Shown one piece after another: positions 41,219-50,029 of a DNA stretch of 64,000 bases (positions are counted from its first letter, which is position 1; every line of letters starts with the position of its first letter). This stretch comes from SAR86 cluster bacterium AG-390-O18 (GTDB taxonomy: Bacteria; Pseudomonadota; Gammaproteobacteria; Magnimaribacterales; AG-339-G14): NCBI GenBank assembly GCA_003279605.1, contig QCHF01000002.1, forward strand, positions 64,529 to 128,528. Reading direction: 5' to 3'. The notes under the pieces were generated by a model. It saw only the letters and a list, made by a program, of their open reading frames with translations, had not been told where the DNA came from and did not search any database. A program made the position numbers and the translations under genes.

Positions 41219-42817
41219 ATGAATAATCCTTCTATTCCAGAAGTCGGTGGCCGTAGTGCAAAATTTGCTCTTATTTTGCTTGTTATAGTTTATGTTTTTA
41301 ATTTTATAGACAGACAGATCTTAACTATCCTCGCTGAGGATTTAAAAGCAGACTTAAATATCTCTGACAGTGACATTGGATTCTTGTATGGAACAGCTTT
41401 TGCAGTCTTTTACTCAGTTGTTGGGATCCCAATGGGTAAACTGGCTGATACTTGGAATAGAAAAAATTTAATAAGTTTAGGTTTGGCTTTTTGGAGCTTG
41501 ATGACGTTTTTATCAGGAACAGCTAAGTCCTTTTTATCATTATCAATTTACAGGTTTGGTGTTGGTATTGGAGAATCCAGCGCCTCTCCGGCATCTTACT
41601 CACTTTTATCAGACTATTTCTCTCCAAAAGTAAGAGCAACAGTATTATCGATATACGCAAGCGGCCTCTACATAGGTTCTGGGATAGGAATATTTATTGG
41701 AGGACTGATAGTAGATAATTGGAATGAAGCTTTTCCAATAATATCTGAGGCTCCCTTTGGATTAAAAGGATGGCAAGTGGCTTTTATGGCAGTTGGACTT
41801 CCAGGAATTTTACTGGCTCTAATAACATGGCAGATAAAGGAGCCACCTAGAGGTTTAAGTGAGGGCTTAACAGAAACAAAAAAAGAAAACCCCCTCAAGG
41901 CAGCTTTTGGAGAGCTAGTAGGATTAACTCCTGTTGGGCTACTTCAAGCTGAAAATGCACAAAAAGAGTTAATAAGAAATTTTGCTTTGCTAATTTTTGT
42001 TTTATCTGGTGCTTATTGGTTAATTCAAACAACTGGAGATTATTTGCAGTGGATTGCCTTTGGGATAGGTTTTTATATTGTTTGTAATTGGATTCAAGGA
42101 CTAAGAATTAGAGACAAGGTTGCTTTTGAGTTAATGTTCAAAAGTAAGGCGCTATTACTTGGTCTGTTAGCTTTTCCTTTCATTACTTTTGTTACCTATG
42201 CATTGGGTGCGTTTGGTCCTGCTTTTTACATAAGAAATTTTGGCATGACAGCCTCTGAGGTTGGTGTTATCTATGGTTTGATTACTGCATTTGGATCGAT
42301 GGTAGGAGTAATTGGGGGTGGTTTTGTAGGAGATAAACTTAGAGAAAAATACGTAAATGGGAAGCTTTATTTGATTATGGCATCTGCCTTAGGTACGGCC
42401 ATTACAGGTTTAGGATTTTTGTATTCTCCTGAGGTCAATGTCTCTTTTACGTGGAAGTTTTTCTACCATGTTTCTTCAACTGCTTGGTTGGGCTGTGCTG
42501 CATCTACAGTTACCGAACTTGTTTTGCCAAGGTTAAGAGCTGTGGCAAGTGCATTTTTTATTTTAATGCTAAGCATGGGTGGATTAGCTCTTGGGCCATA
42601 TTTAACAGGCATGTTGAGTGATATTTATACAATACAATTTATTTCTGAAGGAATGAATAAATCAATCGCCGAAGCAATTGGGTTAAAACAAGCTCTTGCT
42701 CAGTCCTTGATAGTTTTATTAGTACCTATGGTTTTATTAGGTGTTGCTTGTAGATTTTTGAAAAAAGATGAAGATAATCTTTTTGCAAAAGCTAGAAATT
42801 TAGGCGAAGCTATTTAG
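41219..42817 (+). CDS. MFS transporter (Spinster-like subgroup)
   Basis: 532 aa with at least 12 hydrophobic segments. The N-terminal FIDRQILTILAEDLK and MGKLAD..NRK loop motifs are typical of this MFS group. Confidence 0.7.
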   Translation: MNNPSIPEVGGRSAKFALILLVIVYVFNFIDRQILTILAEDLKADLNISDSDIGFLYGTAFAVFYSVVGIPMGKLADTWNRKNLISLGLAFWSLMTFLSGTAKSFLSLSIYRFGVGIGESSASPASYSLLSDYFSPKVRATVLSIYASGLYIGSGIGIFIGGLIVDNWNEAFPIISEAPFGLKGWQVAFMAVGLPGILLALITWQIKEPPRGLSEGLTETKKENPLKAAFGELVGLTPVGLLQAENAQKELIRNFALLIFVLSGAYWLIQTTGDYLQWIAFGIGFYIVCNWIQGLRIRDKVAFELMFKSKALLLGLLAFPFITFVTYALGAFGPAFYIRNFGMTASEVGVIYGLITAFGSMVGVIGGGFVGDKLREKYVNGKLYLIMASALGTAITGLGFLYSPEVNVSFTWKFFYHVSSTAWLGCAASTVTELVLPRLRAVASAFFILMLSMGGLALGPYLTGMLSDIYTIQFISEGMNKSIAEAIGLKQALAQSLIVLLVPMVLLGVACRFLKKDEDNLFAKARNLGEAI

Positions 42818-43261
42818 CTTTTTTTTCCAAATTACTGAAATTTTTTCTTGATACTTAGGGTGGACCAAGTCAGGGGCAATTTCTGCTAAAGGCTCTAGGA
42901 CAAATCTGTATAGATCGATATCTTTATGAGGTATATCTTTGCCTAAAACCTGTCCGACATAATTTCCATAAAGTAATAAATCAATATCTATTTCCCTGTC
43001 AGAAAACTTTTCAGCTCGGTCATGTCTTCCTATTTTTTTTTCAATGTCTTTCAATGAAGCAATCACCCTATCTGGAGAATCTTCAGTTACAAGACAAACC
43101 ACTTGATTGAGAAAATCTTCACCTGCAAAGCCTTCTGATTTTGTTTTATAAATTTTCGATTCTTTTTTGGGCTGATACTTTTCTCTCAAAAGCTCTTTTG
43201 CATTTTTTAAATTTTCCTCTGGCTTGATATTACTTCCAAGACTTAAATATATTTTTGGCAT
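42800..43261 (-). CDS. folK: 2-amino-4-hydroxy-6-hydroxymethyldihydropteridine diphosphokinase FolK
   Basis: YLSLGSNI at the N-terminus, R.IDIDLLLYG and HP. It overlaps folB by 1 nt. Confidence 0.85.
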   Translation of the reverse strand: MPKIYLSLGSNIKPEENLKNAKELLREKYQPKKESKIYKTKSEGFAGEDFLNQVVCLVTEDSPDRVIASLKDIEKKIGRHDRAEKFSDREIDIDLLLYGNYVGQVLGKDIPHKDIDLYRFVLEPLAEIAPDLVHPKYQEKISVIWKKKLNSFA

Positions 43262-43614
43262 TATCTTGAACGAAAGATTGTAAGCCCTACTTCTTTTGAT
43301 CCACGAAGCGCACCAGGCTTGGAAACAGAAAGAGAAAGATTTAAAACTTTTTCATCTTGCATAATAATTTTTGAAACGTTTTCAGCAAGAGATTCAATTA
43401 GCTGAAAAGATGATTTTTCTACAGATTTAATTATTTTCTTTGAAGTGCTTTTATAGTCAAAAGTATCTTCTATATTGTCTGACTTGAACGCTTTATTGAT
43501 ATCAACTTCTACTTCATAAGATATGTTTATGAGTTGCTTAACTTCTCTCTCCCAATCATAAATTCCAATTATGGCTTCAATTTCTAAATCGCTTACAAAA
43601 ATCCTATTGGACAT
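43261..43614 (-). CDS. folB: Dihydroneopterin aldolase FolB
   Basis: 117 aa with IFV.DLE..AIIGIYDWER and DYKS...I, ending KPGAL. It lies between tsaD and folK. Confidence 0.85.
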   Translation of the reverse strand: MSNRIFVSDLEIEAIIGIYDWEREVKQLINISYEVEVDINKAFKSDNIEDTFDYKSTSKKIIKSVEKSSFQLIESLAENVSKIIMQDEKVLNLSLSVSKPGALRGSKEVGLTIFRSR

Positions 43615-44620
43615 TTTCTAAACTCCATCTTGGTGCAACATCAATACCAAAATCTTTGGTTTGCTCTGTAATTTTTTGGAAGCCTGCAAAGGCGATCATC
43701 AGGCCATTATCGGTACAATGTTTTTGATCTGGATAATAAAGATTTATTGCTCCTTTATGTTTTTCTAGTTCTTCTCTAAGGTGTTTATTAGCAGCAACTC
43801 CACCTGATAAAACAAGTGATTGACTCCGTTCAATTTTGCATGCTTTGAGGGATTTTTTAACTAGACAATCTATTGCAGCATTTTGAAACTCAAAAGCAAT
43901 GTCATTTACTGTATCCTCTGATAAGTCTTCTTTCTTAGATAAATCCTTCACTTTATAAAGCACAGAAGTTTTTAAGCCGCTGAAACTAAAGTTTAAGTCC
44001 TTAGAGTCAATCATGGGTCGGGGAAAAGAAAAATCATTTTTTCCTTCAGATAGCAAAGCTCTTTTTTCAATTTCTGGACCTCCTGGATAACCTAAATTCA
44101 ATAATTTTGCTGTTTTATCAAAAGCCTCTCCCACTGCATCATCTTTTGTTTGTCCAATAACTTTATATGCATTGGGTGATGAAACTTTTACTATCAAAGT
44201 ATGTCCTCCCGAGACTAACAAACTAATAAAGGGATAAGATAAATCGTCCGCATCATATTTTGCCATTATTAAATGTGCTTCCATATGATGTATTGGTATC
44301 ACAGGAATATCTAAGGCATAAGATAAAGAGTTTGCAAAGCCTGCTCCGACCATTAAAGGTCCTCTTAAACCAGGGCCGTTAGTAAAGGCAATTGCCCCAA
44401 TCTCATTCATCGTGACACTTGATTCTTTCATTTTATTTTTCAATAAGGGTAAGAGGCGATTAATGTGATCTCTAGCTGCTAACTCAGGAACTACTCCTCC
44501 GTATAAATCATGTTCTTCTGCCTGACTGTATAAAGCTTCAAATATAATTTGATTGGCTTTACCGTCGTATAAAGCAATTCCAGTCTCATCACATGAAGTT
44601 TCTATTCCCAATATTTTCAT
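43604..44620 (-). CDS. tsaD: tRNA N6-adenosine threonylcarbamoyltransferase TsaD
   Basis: ILGIETSCDETG, the metal site HHMEAHL, SGGHT and SGGVAAN. It is divergent from rpsU, as in most gammaproteobacteria. Confidence 0.95.
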   Translation of the reverse strand: MKILGIETSCDETGIALYDGKANQIIFEALYSQAEEHDLYGGVVPELAARDHINRLLPLLKNKMKESSVTMNEIGAIAFTNGPGLRGPLMVGAGFANSLSYALDIPVIPIHHMEAHLIMAKYDADDLSYPFISLLVSGGHTLIVKVSSPNAYKVIGQTKDDAVGEAFDKTAKLLNLGYPGGPEIEKRALLSEGKNDFSFPRPMIDSKDLNFSFSGLKTSVLYKVKDLSKKEDLSEDTVNDIAFEFQNAAIDCLVKKSLKACKIERSQSLVLSGGVAANKHLREELEKHKGAINLYYPDQKHCTDNGLMIAFAGFQKITEQTKDFGIDVAPRWSLENVQ

Positions 44621-44637
44621 TTAAATTAAAAGTTATT

Positions 44638-44666
44638 TTGCAAAATATCTTAACTCTCTATAGAAT
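44638..44666 (+). promoter_or_regulatory. Candidate sigma-70 promoter of rpsU
   Basis: TTGCAA (44638-44643), a 17-nt spacer, then TAGAAT (44661-44666), 18 nt upstream of the rpsU ATG. Confidence 0.45.
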
Positions 44667-44684
44667 TGCCAGCCTAATATATAT

Positions 44685-44903
44685 ATGCCTATTATAAAAC
44701 TAAAAGATAGCGAATCTTTCGATTCTGGTCTCAGAAGATTTAAAAGATCTTGTGATAAGGCTGGAATCATCTCTGAAATAAGAAAAAGAGAATTTTACGA
44801 AAAGCCCACCTCTGTAAGAAAAAGAAAAGCTGCTGCTGCAGTAAAAAGACAAGCTAAAAGAAGAAAGTTCGGCAAAATGCCGCCTTTAAGAGCAAGAGTC
44901 TAA
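44685..44903 (+). CDS. rpsU: 30S ribosomal protein S21
   Basis: MPIIKLKD...[32 protein letters not shown]. Confidence 0.97.
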   Translation: MPIIKLKDSESFDSGLRRFKRSCDKAGIISEIRKREFYEKPTSVRKRKAAAAVKRQAKRRKFGKMPPLRARV

Positions 44904-45353
44904 ATGTCTAAAGATCTTAAAAGCTTGATTAAAACTCAAGTCATAACTTCTATGAAAGATGGTGACAAGTTTAGAACTACTGCCTTAAGAATGATTCTTG
45001 CAGAAATTCAAAAAATCGAAATTGAAGAAAAGTCTGACCTGGATGAACTTCAAATTACCACTATTCTTGAGAAAATGATTAAACAAAGAAATGATGCTAT
45101 CGCTCAATTTGAACAAGCTAAAAGGCAAGAATTAGCTGATAAGGAAAAACAAGAAATAGAGATTATTAAAGAATTTTTACCTGAACAAATGTCAGAAGAA
45201 GAAGTTTCTGAACTAGTTTCTAAAATTATCTCTGAAGTTGATGCCCAAGATATGAAAGATATGGGTAAAGTAATGGGCTCATTGAAGCCTTTGATTTCCG
45301 GTAAAGCAGATGCTGGTGTTGTAAGCCAATTAGTAAAAAAAGCTTTAAGTTAA
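44904..45353 (+). CDS. GatB/YqeY domain protein
   Basis: 149 aa with MKDGDKFRTTALRMILAEIQ, AIAQFEQAKRQELADKE..EI and GKADAG.V. It follows rpsU directly. Confidence 0.85.
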   Translation: MSKDLKSLIKTQVITSMKDGDKFRTTALRMILAEIQKIEIEEKSDLDELQITTILEKMIKQRNDAIAQFEQAKRQELADKEKQEIEIIKEFLPEQMSEEEVSELVSKIISEVDAQDMKDMGKVMGSLKPLISGKADAGVVSQLVKKALS

Positions 45354-45938
45354 TTTTTTAACAGTCTCAACGATAGAAATTGTTTGTTGATCTGCTTCAA
45401 CGTTCACAAAGTCACCTTTTTTAAGAAAGCATAAATTTGTTTTAGATAGAGTTTCTGGAATTACAGAAATTGTAAAAAAATTATTTGTTACATTAACAAC
45501 AGTAAGACTAATTCCATTTATCGAGACATACCCTTTTTTAAAAATGTATCCTTTTAGATTGGAGGGAATTTTAATTTTCAGAATTCTTTCTTTTTTGTTC
45601 TCGAAACTTATTATTTCTGCAACATTATGAACATGTCCAGATACAAAATGCCCTCCTACTTCGTCACCTATTTTTAGTGATCTCTCTAAGTTGAAAGGTA
45701 TGGAAGAAAATCTCTCTGAGATATTGGTTAATTTAATTGATTCATGAACAACATCAAACTCTATCAAATCTTTTTTGAAACCAACTACCGTTAAGCAAAC
45801 CCCATTAACCGCAACGCTATCACCCTTCTTTATCTTTTTTGTGAAAAAAACAGGAACTGTTACAGATAACTTTAAGCCATAATCCTTCTCTTCAAATTTT
45901 ACCTTTTTTGATAAAGTCTGAACTATTCCGCTAAACAT
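45345..45938 (-). CDS. ribE: Riboflavin synthase (alpha chain)
   Basis: MFSGIVQ, the duplicated barrel motifs GDSVAVNGVCLTV and GYVSINGISLTV, and HFVSGHV. Confidence 0.92.
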   Translation of the reverse strand: MFSGIVQTLSKKVKFEEKDYGLKLSVTVPVFFTKKIKKGDSVAVNGVCLTVVGFKKDLIEFDVVHESIKLTNISERFSSIPFNLERSLKIGDEVGGHFVSGHVHNVAEIISFENKKERILKIKIPSNLKGYIFKKGYVSINGISLTVVNVTNNFFTISVIPETLSKTNLCFLKKGDFVNVEADQQTISIVETVKKLT

Positions 45939-45941
45939 TTT

Positions 45942-46496
45942 TTATTTTTTAAGATCCGAAATTTTTGCTAGAGAATGTATCACAATGCCTTGTTCAGCAA
46001 AAAACTCCTGAAAGGTTTTATTTGAATCGTAAGATTCTTCTCTGTCTAAAGCTACTAATGCTCCTACAAAGCTCCCTTTATTGCTTTCGATAATTTCTAT
46101 TGAGTTCTTTATTGCGGTTCCAGCGGTTAAAACATCGTCAATCAAAAAAGCCTTCTTCCCTTCGAGATTTCCCATAATGGTTCCTCCTTCGCCATGACCT
46201 TTTTCTTCTTTTCTATCAAAAGCTAAAGGGATATTTTTTTTTGTTGCTTCAAAATATTTTGTTGCAACAACAGATGCTAATGGAATGCCTTTATAAGCAG
46301 GCCCAAAAAACAAATCAAAATCTATTTTTAAGTCTAATATTTTAGATACATAGCAATCGGCTAAAAAAGAAAGTGATTCAGAATCAAAAAAGGCAGCAAT
46401 ATTAAAAAAATAATCACTATCCAAGCCAGATTTCAGTTTAAAACTTCCAAACTTTAGCGCTTCTAATTCAATGGCTTTATTTAAAAAATCTTGCAT
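45942..46496 (-). CDS. pyrE: Orotate phosphoribosyltransferase PyrE
   Basis: ALKFGSFKLKSG and the PRPP loop LIDDVLTAGTA. I prefer the ATG at 46496 (MQDFLNKAIE), because the TTG at 46526 would overlap the gmk start codon. Confidence 0.9.
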   Translation of the reverse strand: MQDFLNKAIELEALKFGSFKLKSGLDSDYFFNIAAFFDSESLSFLADCYVSKILDLKIDFDLFFGPAYKGIPLASVVATKYFEATKKNIPLAFDRKEEKGHGEGGTIMGNLEGKKAFLIDDVLTAGTAIKNSIEIIESNKGSFVGALVALDREESYDSNKTFQEFFAEQGIVIHSLAKISDLKK

Positions 46497-46525
46497 ATTG
46501 GTTTCAACGTTTCCATACTTTAACA

Positions 46526-47149
46526 ATGCCTGAAAATCTCCACAAACTTTTTGTCATTTCCAGTCCTTCGGGAGGCGGTAAAACATCTTTGATAAATAAG
46601 CTTTTTGAAGATTCAAGGTCTTCAAACTTTGAAAAAAGTATTTCAGATACTTCAAGACAAAAACGTGAAGGAGATATAGAAGGTAAGGATTATTATTTTT
46701 TATCTGAAAAAGATTTCAAAGAAAAAATTCAAAAAGATGAGTATGTTGAATACGCAACTGTTTTTCAGAATTTCTATGGCACTTCAAAGGAGGAAGTCAA
46801 AACAAAATTCAAAAACTCAAACCTAGTTTTAGAGTTAGATTGGCAAGGCGCCTATTCTCTAAAAAAAATTTATGATGATGCCAAACTTATTTTTTTAGTT
46901 CCTCCATCTTTAAAGGATTTAAAAAAAAGACTTATCAAAAGAAATCTAGATTCTCCTGAAACTATAGAAAAGAGACTTTCGGAAGCAAAAAAAGAAATCA
47001 GCAAGTCTGAAAGGTATGATTTTTTAGTCTTAAATGATGATTTTGATAAAGCCTTTGAAGACCTTTCACAAATTCTTTTTGAAAGTATTTTGCTCTCAGA
47101 TTTTAATTCAAGAGTGCCTAAAGACCTGATAAAAAGATTAGTAGAATAA
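46526..47149 (+). CDS. gmk: Guanylate kinase
   Basis: ISSPSGGGKTSL P-loop, TSRQKREGDIEGKDYYF, and LVPPS...L..RL..R. Confidence 0.93.
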   Translation: MPENLHKLFVISSPSGGGKTSLINKLFEDSRSSNFEKSISDTSRQKREGDIEGKDYYFLSEKDFKEKIQKDEYVEYATVFQNFYGTSKEEVKTKFKNSNLVLELDWQGAYSLKKIYDDAKLIFLVPPSLKDLKKRLIKRNLDSPETIEKRLSEAKKEISKSERYDFLVLNDDFDKAFEDLSQILFESILLSDFNSRVPKDLIKRLVE

Positions 47150-47193
47150 TCAATAAAAATTAAGTAGAATCCACTTCCTCAAGAGGATAATGC

Positions 47194-47463
47194 ATGGCTA
47201 GAATTACTGTCGAAGATTGTTTAAAAAAAATCCCAAATAGATACGAAATGGTTAAACTTGCTGCAAAGCGAGTTAAACAACTCGCTATAGATGGAAGAGA
47301 GCCCACCATTGATCCGGAAGACGATAAGCCTACAGTAATTGCTCTTCGAGAAATTGCTGCTGGGACTGTAACTCTCGAAAACATAGATAGCTTTAATTTT
47401 GATGCTTTTGAAGAGGAACTCTCTGACCAATTAACTTCAGACGATGAAGAAGGCATAGAATAA
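47194..47463 (+). CDS. rpoZ: RNA polymerase omega subunit
   Basis: [30 protein letters not shown]. It lies in the gmk-rpoZ-spoT order. Confidence 0.97.
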   Translation: MARITVEDCLKKIPNRYEMVKLAAKRVKQLAIDGREPTIDPEDDKPTVIALREIAAGTVTLENIDSFNFDAFEEELSDQLTSDDEEGIE

Positions 47464-47490
47464 CTTTTTTTTGATAAACTCTCTTTGCTG

Positions 47491-49668
47491 ATGGCAACAG
47501 AGACTAAAAACCTTAATAAACTTACCAAAAACCTTGGAAAGTACCTTGACCAAGATCAACTTGAACAAGTAAAAAAAGCTTATTTTTTTGCTGCAAATGC
47601 CCATTCTGGTCAGTTTCGAGTGAGTGGAGATCCTTATGTATCTCATCCTCTTGCTGTAGCAGAAATACTCGGAACATTAAAGATGGATCAAGACTGTCTA
47701 TCTGCTGCAATGCTTCATGATGTTATTGAAGATTCGGGTATTCCAAAGACCTTTTTAAAGAAAGAATTTAATAAAGAAGTTGCTAATTTAGTTGATGGTG
47801 TAAGCAAGCTGGATAAAGTTGAATTAACTTCAAAAAAAGATTTGCAAGCTGAAAGCTTTCAAAAAATGGTTCTTGCAATGTCAGAAGATATAAGAGTTAT
47901 TGTTGTAAAGCTTGCGGATAGATTACATAACATGAGAACAATAAAATTCCTTAGCAAAGAAAAAAAATTAAGGATTGCTAATGAAACCATTGAAATTTAT
48001 GCCCCAATTGCTCACAGATTAGGAATGCATCAAATTTATAGGGAGCTTGAAGACTTGGCCTTTGAAATTTTATATCCACTAAGGTTTAGGGTTATTGAGG
48101 AAGCTGTGAAGAGAAATACCAGAGGAAGAAAAAAGATTCTAAAGAAAGTTGAAACTTCCATAAGTCAAAAATTGCAAGAGCAAGATTTGGATTGCTCTAT
48201 TTCCAGTAGAAGAAAGCATTTCTACGGTATTTATAAAAAAATGAAAAGACAATCCAAAACTTTAAAAGAAGTTTTAGATGTTTATGCTTTAAAAATAACT
48301 ACATCAAATGCTATAGATTGTTATAAAGCTTTAGGAGTAATACATAATGCCTTTAATCCTATTGAAGGAAGATTTAAAGACTATATAGCGATACCAAAAT
48401 CTAATTCTTATCAATCACTTCATACAGGAATCATAACTTTTGAAGGACTCCCAGTAGAAATTCAAATCAGAACTAATGAAATGGATGAATTAGCTGAATT
48501 TGGGATAGCGGCACATTGGGTTTATAAATCTGGAGAAAAGGAAAACCCAGTTCAAGCCAGAGCTAGAAGATGGGTTAACGGCTTGATGGAAATAAATGCT
48601 CGATCAGAAGATGCTTCAGATTTTGTTGAAGTTATCAAAACAGGATTAGTATCCAACGAAGTTTATGTTTTTACTCCTCAAGGAGATATCATTGATTTAC
48701 CTAAGGATTCTACACCTGTCGATTTTGCCTTCGCTTTACATTCAGATATTGGACTTCATTGCAGTGGTTGTAGAATCAATAAAAACCTTGCTCCTTTAAG
48801 CGTTCCTTTAGAAAGTGGTCAGACTGTAGAAATTATTACTGATAAAGTTCCGCAAACAAATCCAAGCTGGCTGGATTTCATAAGAACATCTAGAGCAAGA
48901 TCAGCCATTCGCCATAACTTAAAGAATCTTAAAGAGTCAGAGTCAAGAAAATTTGGAAAACGTCTTTTAGAACAATCTTTATTTCCTCATCAAACAAAAC
49001 TTAGAGACGTTCCTAAAAATAAAATGAAAAAGCTTCTTACCTCCTTAAATTATAAAAGCGTAAGAGAGCTACTCGAAAGTATTGGCTCAGGAAAAAGATC
49101 TAGCCTGGTTGTTGCACATCAAATCATGCAATTTCTTGATGAGAAAGAAAATGAAGAAATTCAATTCTCTAACTTACAAATTACAGGAGCGGAAGGTTTA
49201 GTAGTAACTTATTCAAGTTGCTGTCGCCCTATTCCTGGAGATCATGTAATTGCACACTTTTCAACAAGCAGAGGAATTGTTATTCATCAAGAAAGATGTA
49301 AAAACATCTTACCAATTCGTCATGACCCTGCTTTGTGTTCGCCTGTACAGTGGGAAGATACCCTTTCTGGAGACTTTTCAGTGGAGATAAAAATTGTTGC
49401 AGAGGATAAAGCTGGAATACTTGCAGAAGTTTCAGCGGTAATTGCAGAATACTCTACTAACATTGAAAGTATAAAAAGTGATCCTCCAACTGGAAATAAA
49501 GTAGATCTCTATATTCTGCTTGCAGTAACGGATAGAAATCATTTGGCAAAAATTCTAAGAAGATTGCGTCGAAAAGACTTTGTCATATCAGCTACAAGAA
49601 TACATAGTTGGGAGCAAAGAAATGCTACCCTTCCAATCATTGAAGAGGAAACAAGTGAAGATAATTGA
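47491..49668 (+). CDS. spoT: Bifunctional (p)ppGpp synthetase/hydrolase (SpoT/Rel type)
   Basis: Has the HD hydrolase domain (YVSHPLAVA, LHDVIED, KLADRLHNMRT), the synthetase domain (RFKDYIAIPKSNSYQSLHT) and TGS and ACT regions. I prefer the ATG at 47491 over the TTG at 47485. Confidence 0.93.
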   Translation: MATETKNLNKLTKNLGKYLDQDQLEQVKKAYFFAANAHSGQFRVSGDPYVSHPLAVAEILGTLKMDQDCLSAAMLHDVIEDSGIPKTFLKKEFNKEVANLVDGVSKLDKVELTSKKDLQAESFQKMVLAMSEDIRVIVVKLADRLHNMRTIKFLSKEKKLRIANETIEIYAPIAHRLGMHQIYRELEDLAFEILYPLRFRVIEEAVKRNTRGRKKILKKVETSISQKLQEQDLDCSISSRRKHFYGIYKKMKRQSKTLKEVLDVYALKITTSNAIDCYKALGVIHNAFNPIEGRFKDYIAIPKSNSYQSLHTGIITFEGLPVEIQIRTNEMDELAEFGIAAHWVYKSGEKENPVQARARRWVNGLMEINARSEDASDFVEVIKTGLVSNEVYVFTPQGDIIDLPKDSTPVDFAFALHSDIGLHCSGCRINKNLAPLSVPLESGQTVEIITDKVPQTNPSWLDFIRTSRARSAIRHNLKNLKESESRKFGKRLLEQSLFPHQTKLRDVPKNKMKKLLTSLNYKSVRELLESIGSGKRSSLVVAHQIMQFLDEKENEEIQFSNLQITGAEGLVVTYSSCCRPIPGDHVIAHFSTSRGIVIHQERCKNILPIRHDPALCSPVQWEDTLSGDFSVEIKIVAEDKAGILAEVSAVIAEYSTNIESIKSDPPTGNKVDLYILLAVTDRNHLAKILRRLRRKDFVISATRIHSWEQRNATLPIIEEETSEDN

Positions 49669-50029
49669 AACAGATAATGCTCCAAAAGCTATTGGGACCT
49701 ATTCTCAGGCTATAAAGATTAATGGTTTTTTATTTATTTCTGGTCAGATACCCCTAAACCCCTCAACGATGGAATTGGTTGAAGGAATTGAAAATCAAAT
49801 CAATCAAGTTTTTGAAAATATCAATCAAATTTTAAAAGCCGATGGAATGGATTTTTCAAATATAGTGAAGCTTTCTGTATTACTTGAAGACTTAAGTCAC
49901 TTTGAAAAAGTAAACGAAATAATGGCCAACATATTTTCAAAACCTTTCCCTGCAAGAGCTGCTTATGAAGTATCCAAATTGCCAAAAGGAAGTTCAGTAG
50001 AAATCGAAACCATTGCTTTTAAAGAGTGA
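49655..50029 (+). CDS. ridA: RidA/YjgF-family reactive intermediate deaminase
   Basis: With the GTG at 49655 the N-terminus (M)KIIETDNAPKAIGTYSQA lines up with E. coli RidA MSKTIATENAPAAIGPYVQ. PARAAYEVSKLP and VEIE are present. The longer track start lies inside spoT. Confidence 0.85.
   Translation: MKIIETDNAPKAIGTYSQAIKINGFLFISGQIPLNPSTMELVEGIENQINQVFENINQILKADGMDFSNIVKLSVLLEDLSHFEKVNEIMANIFSKPFPARAAYEVSKLPKGSSVEIETIAFKE

Noticed and set aside
47160-47528. A 122-aa ORF antisense to the whole of rpoZ.
   Set aside because: It is a Ser-rich, low-complexity translation that exactly shadows a strongly supported, highly conserved gene. It has no motif and no independent start context. It is best explained by rpoZ codon usage avoiding the codons that read as stops on the opposite strand.
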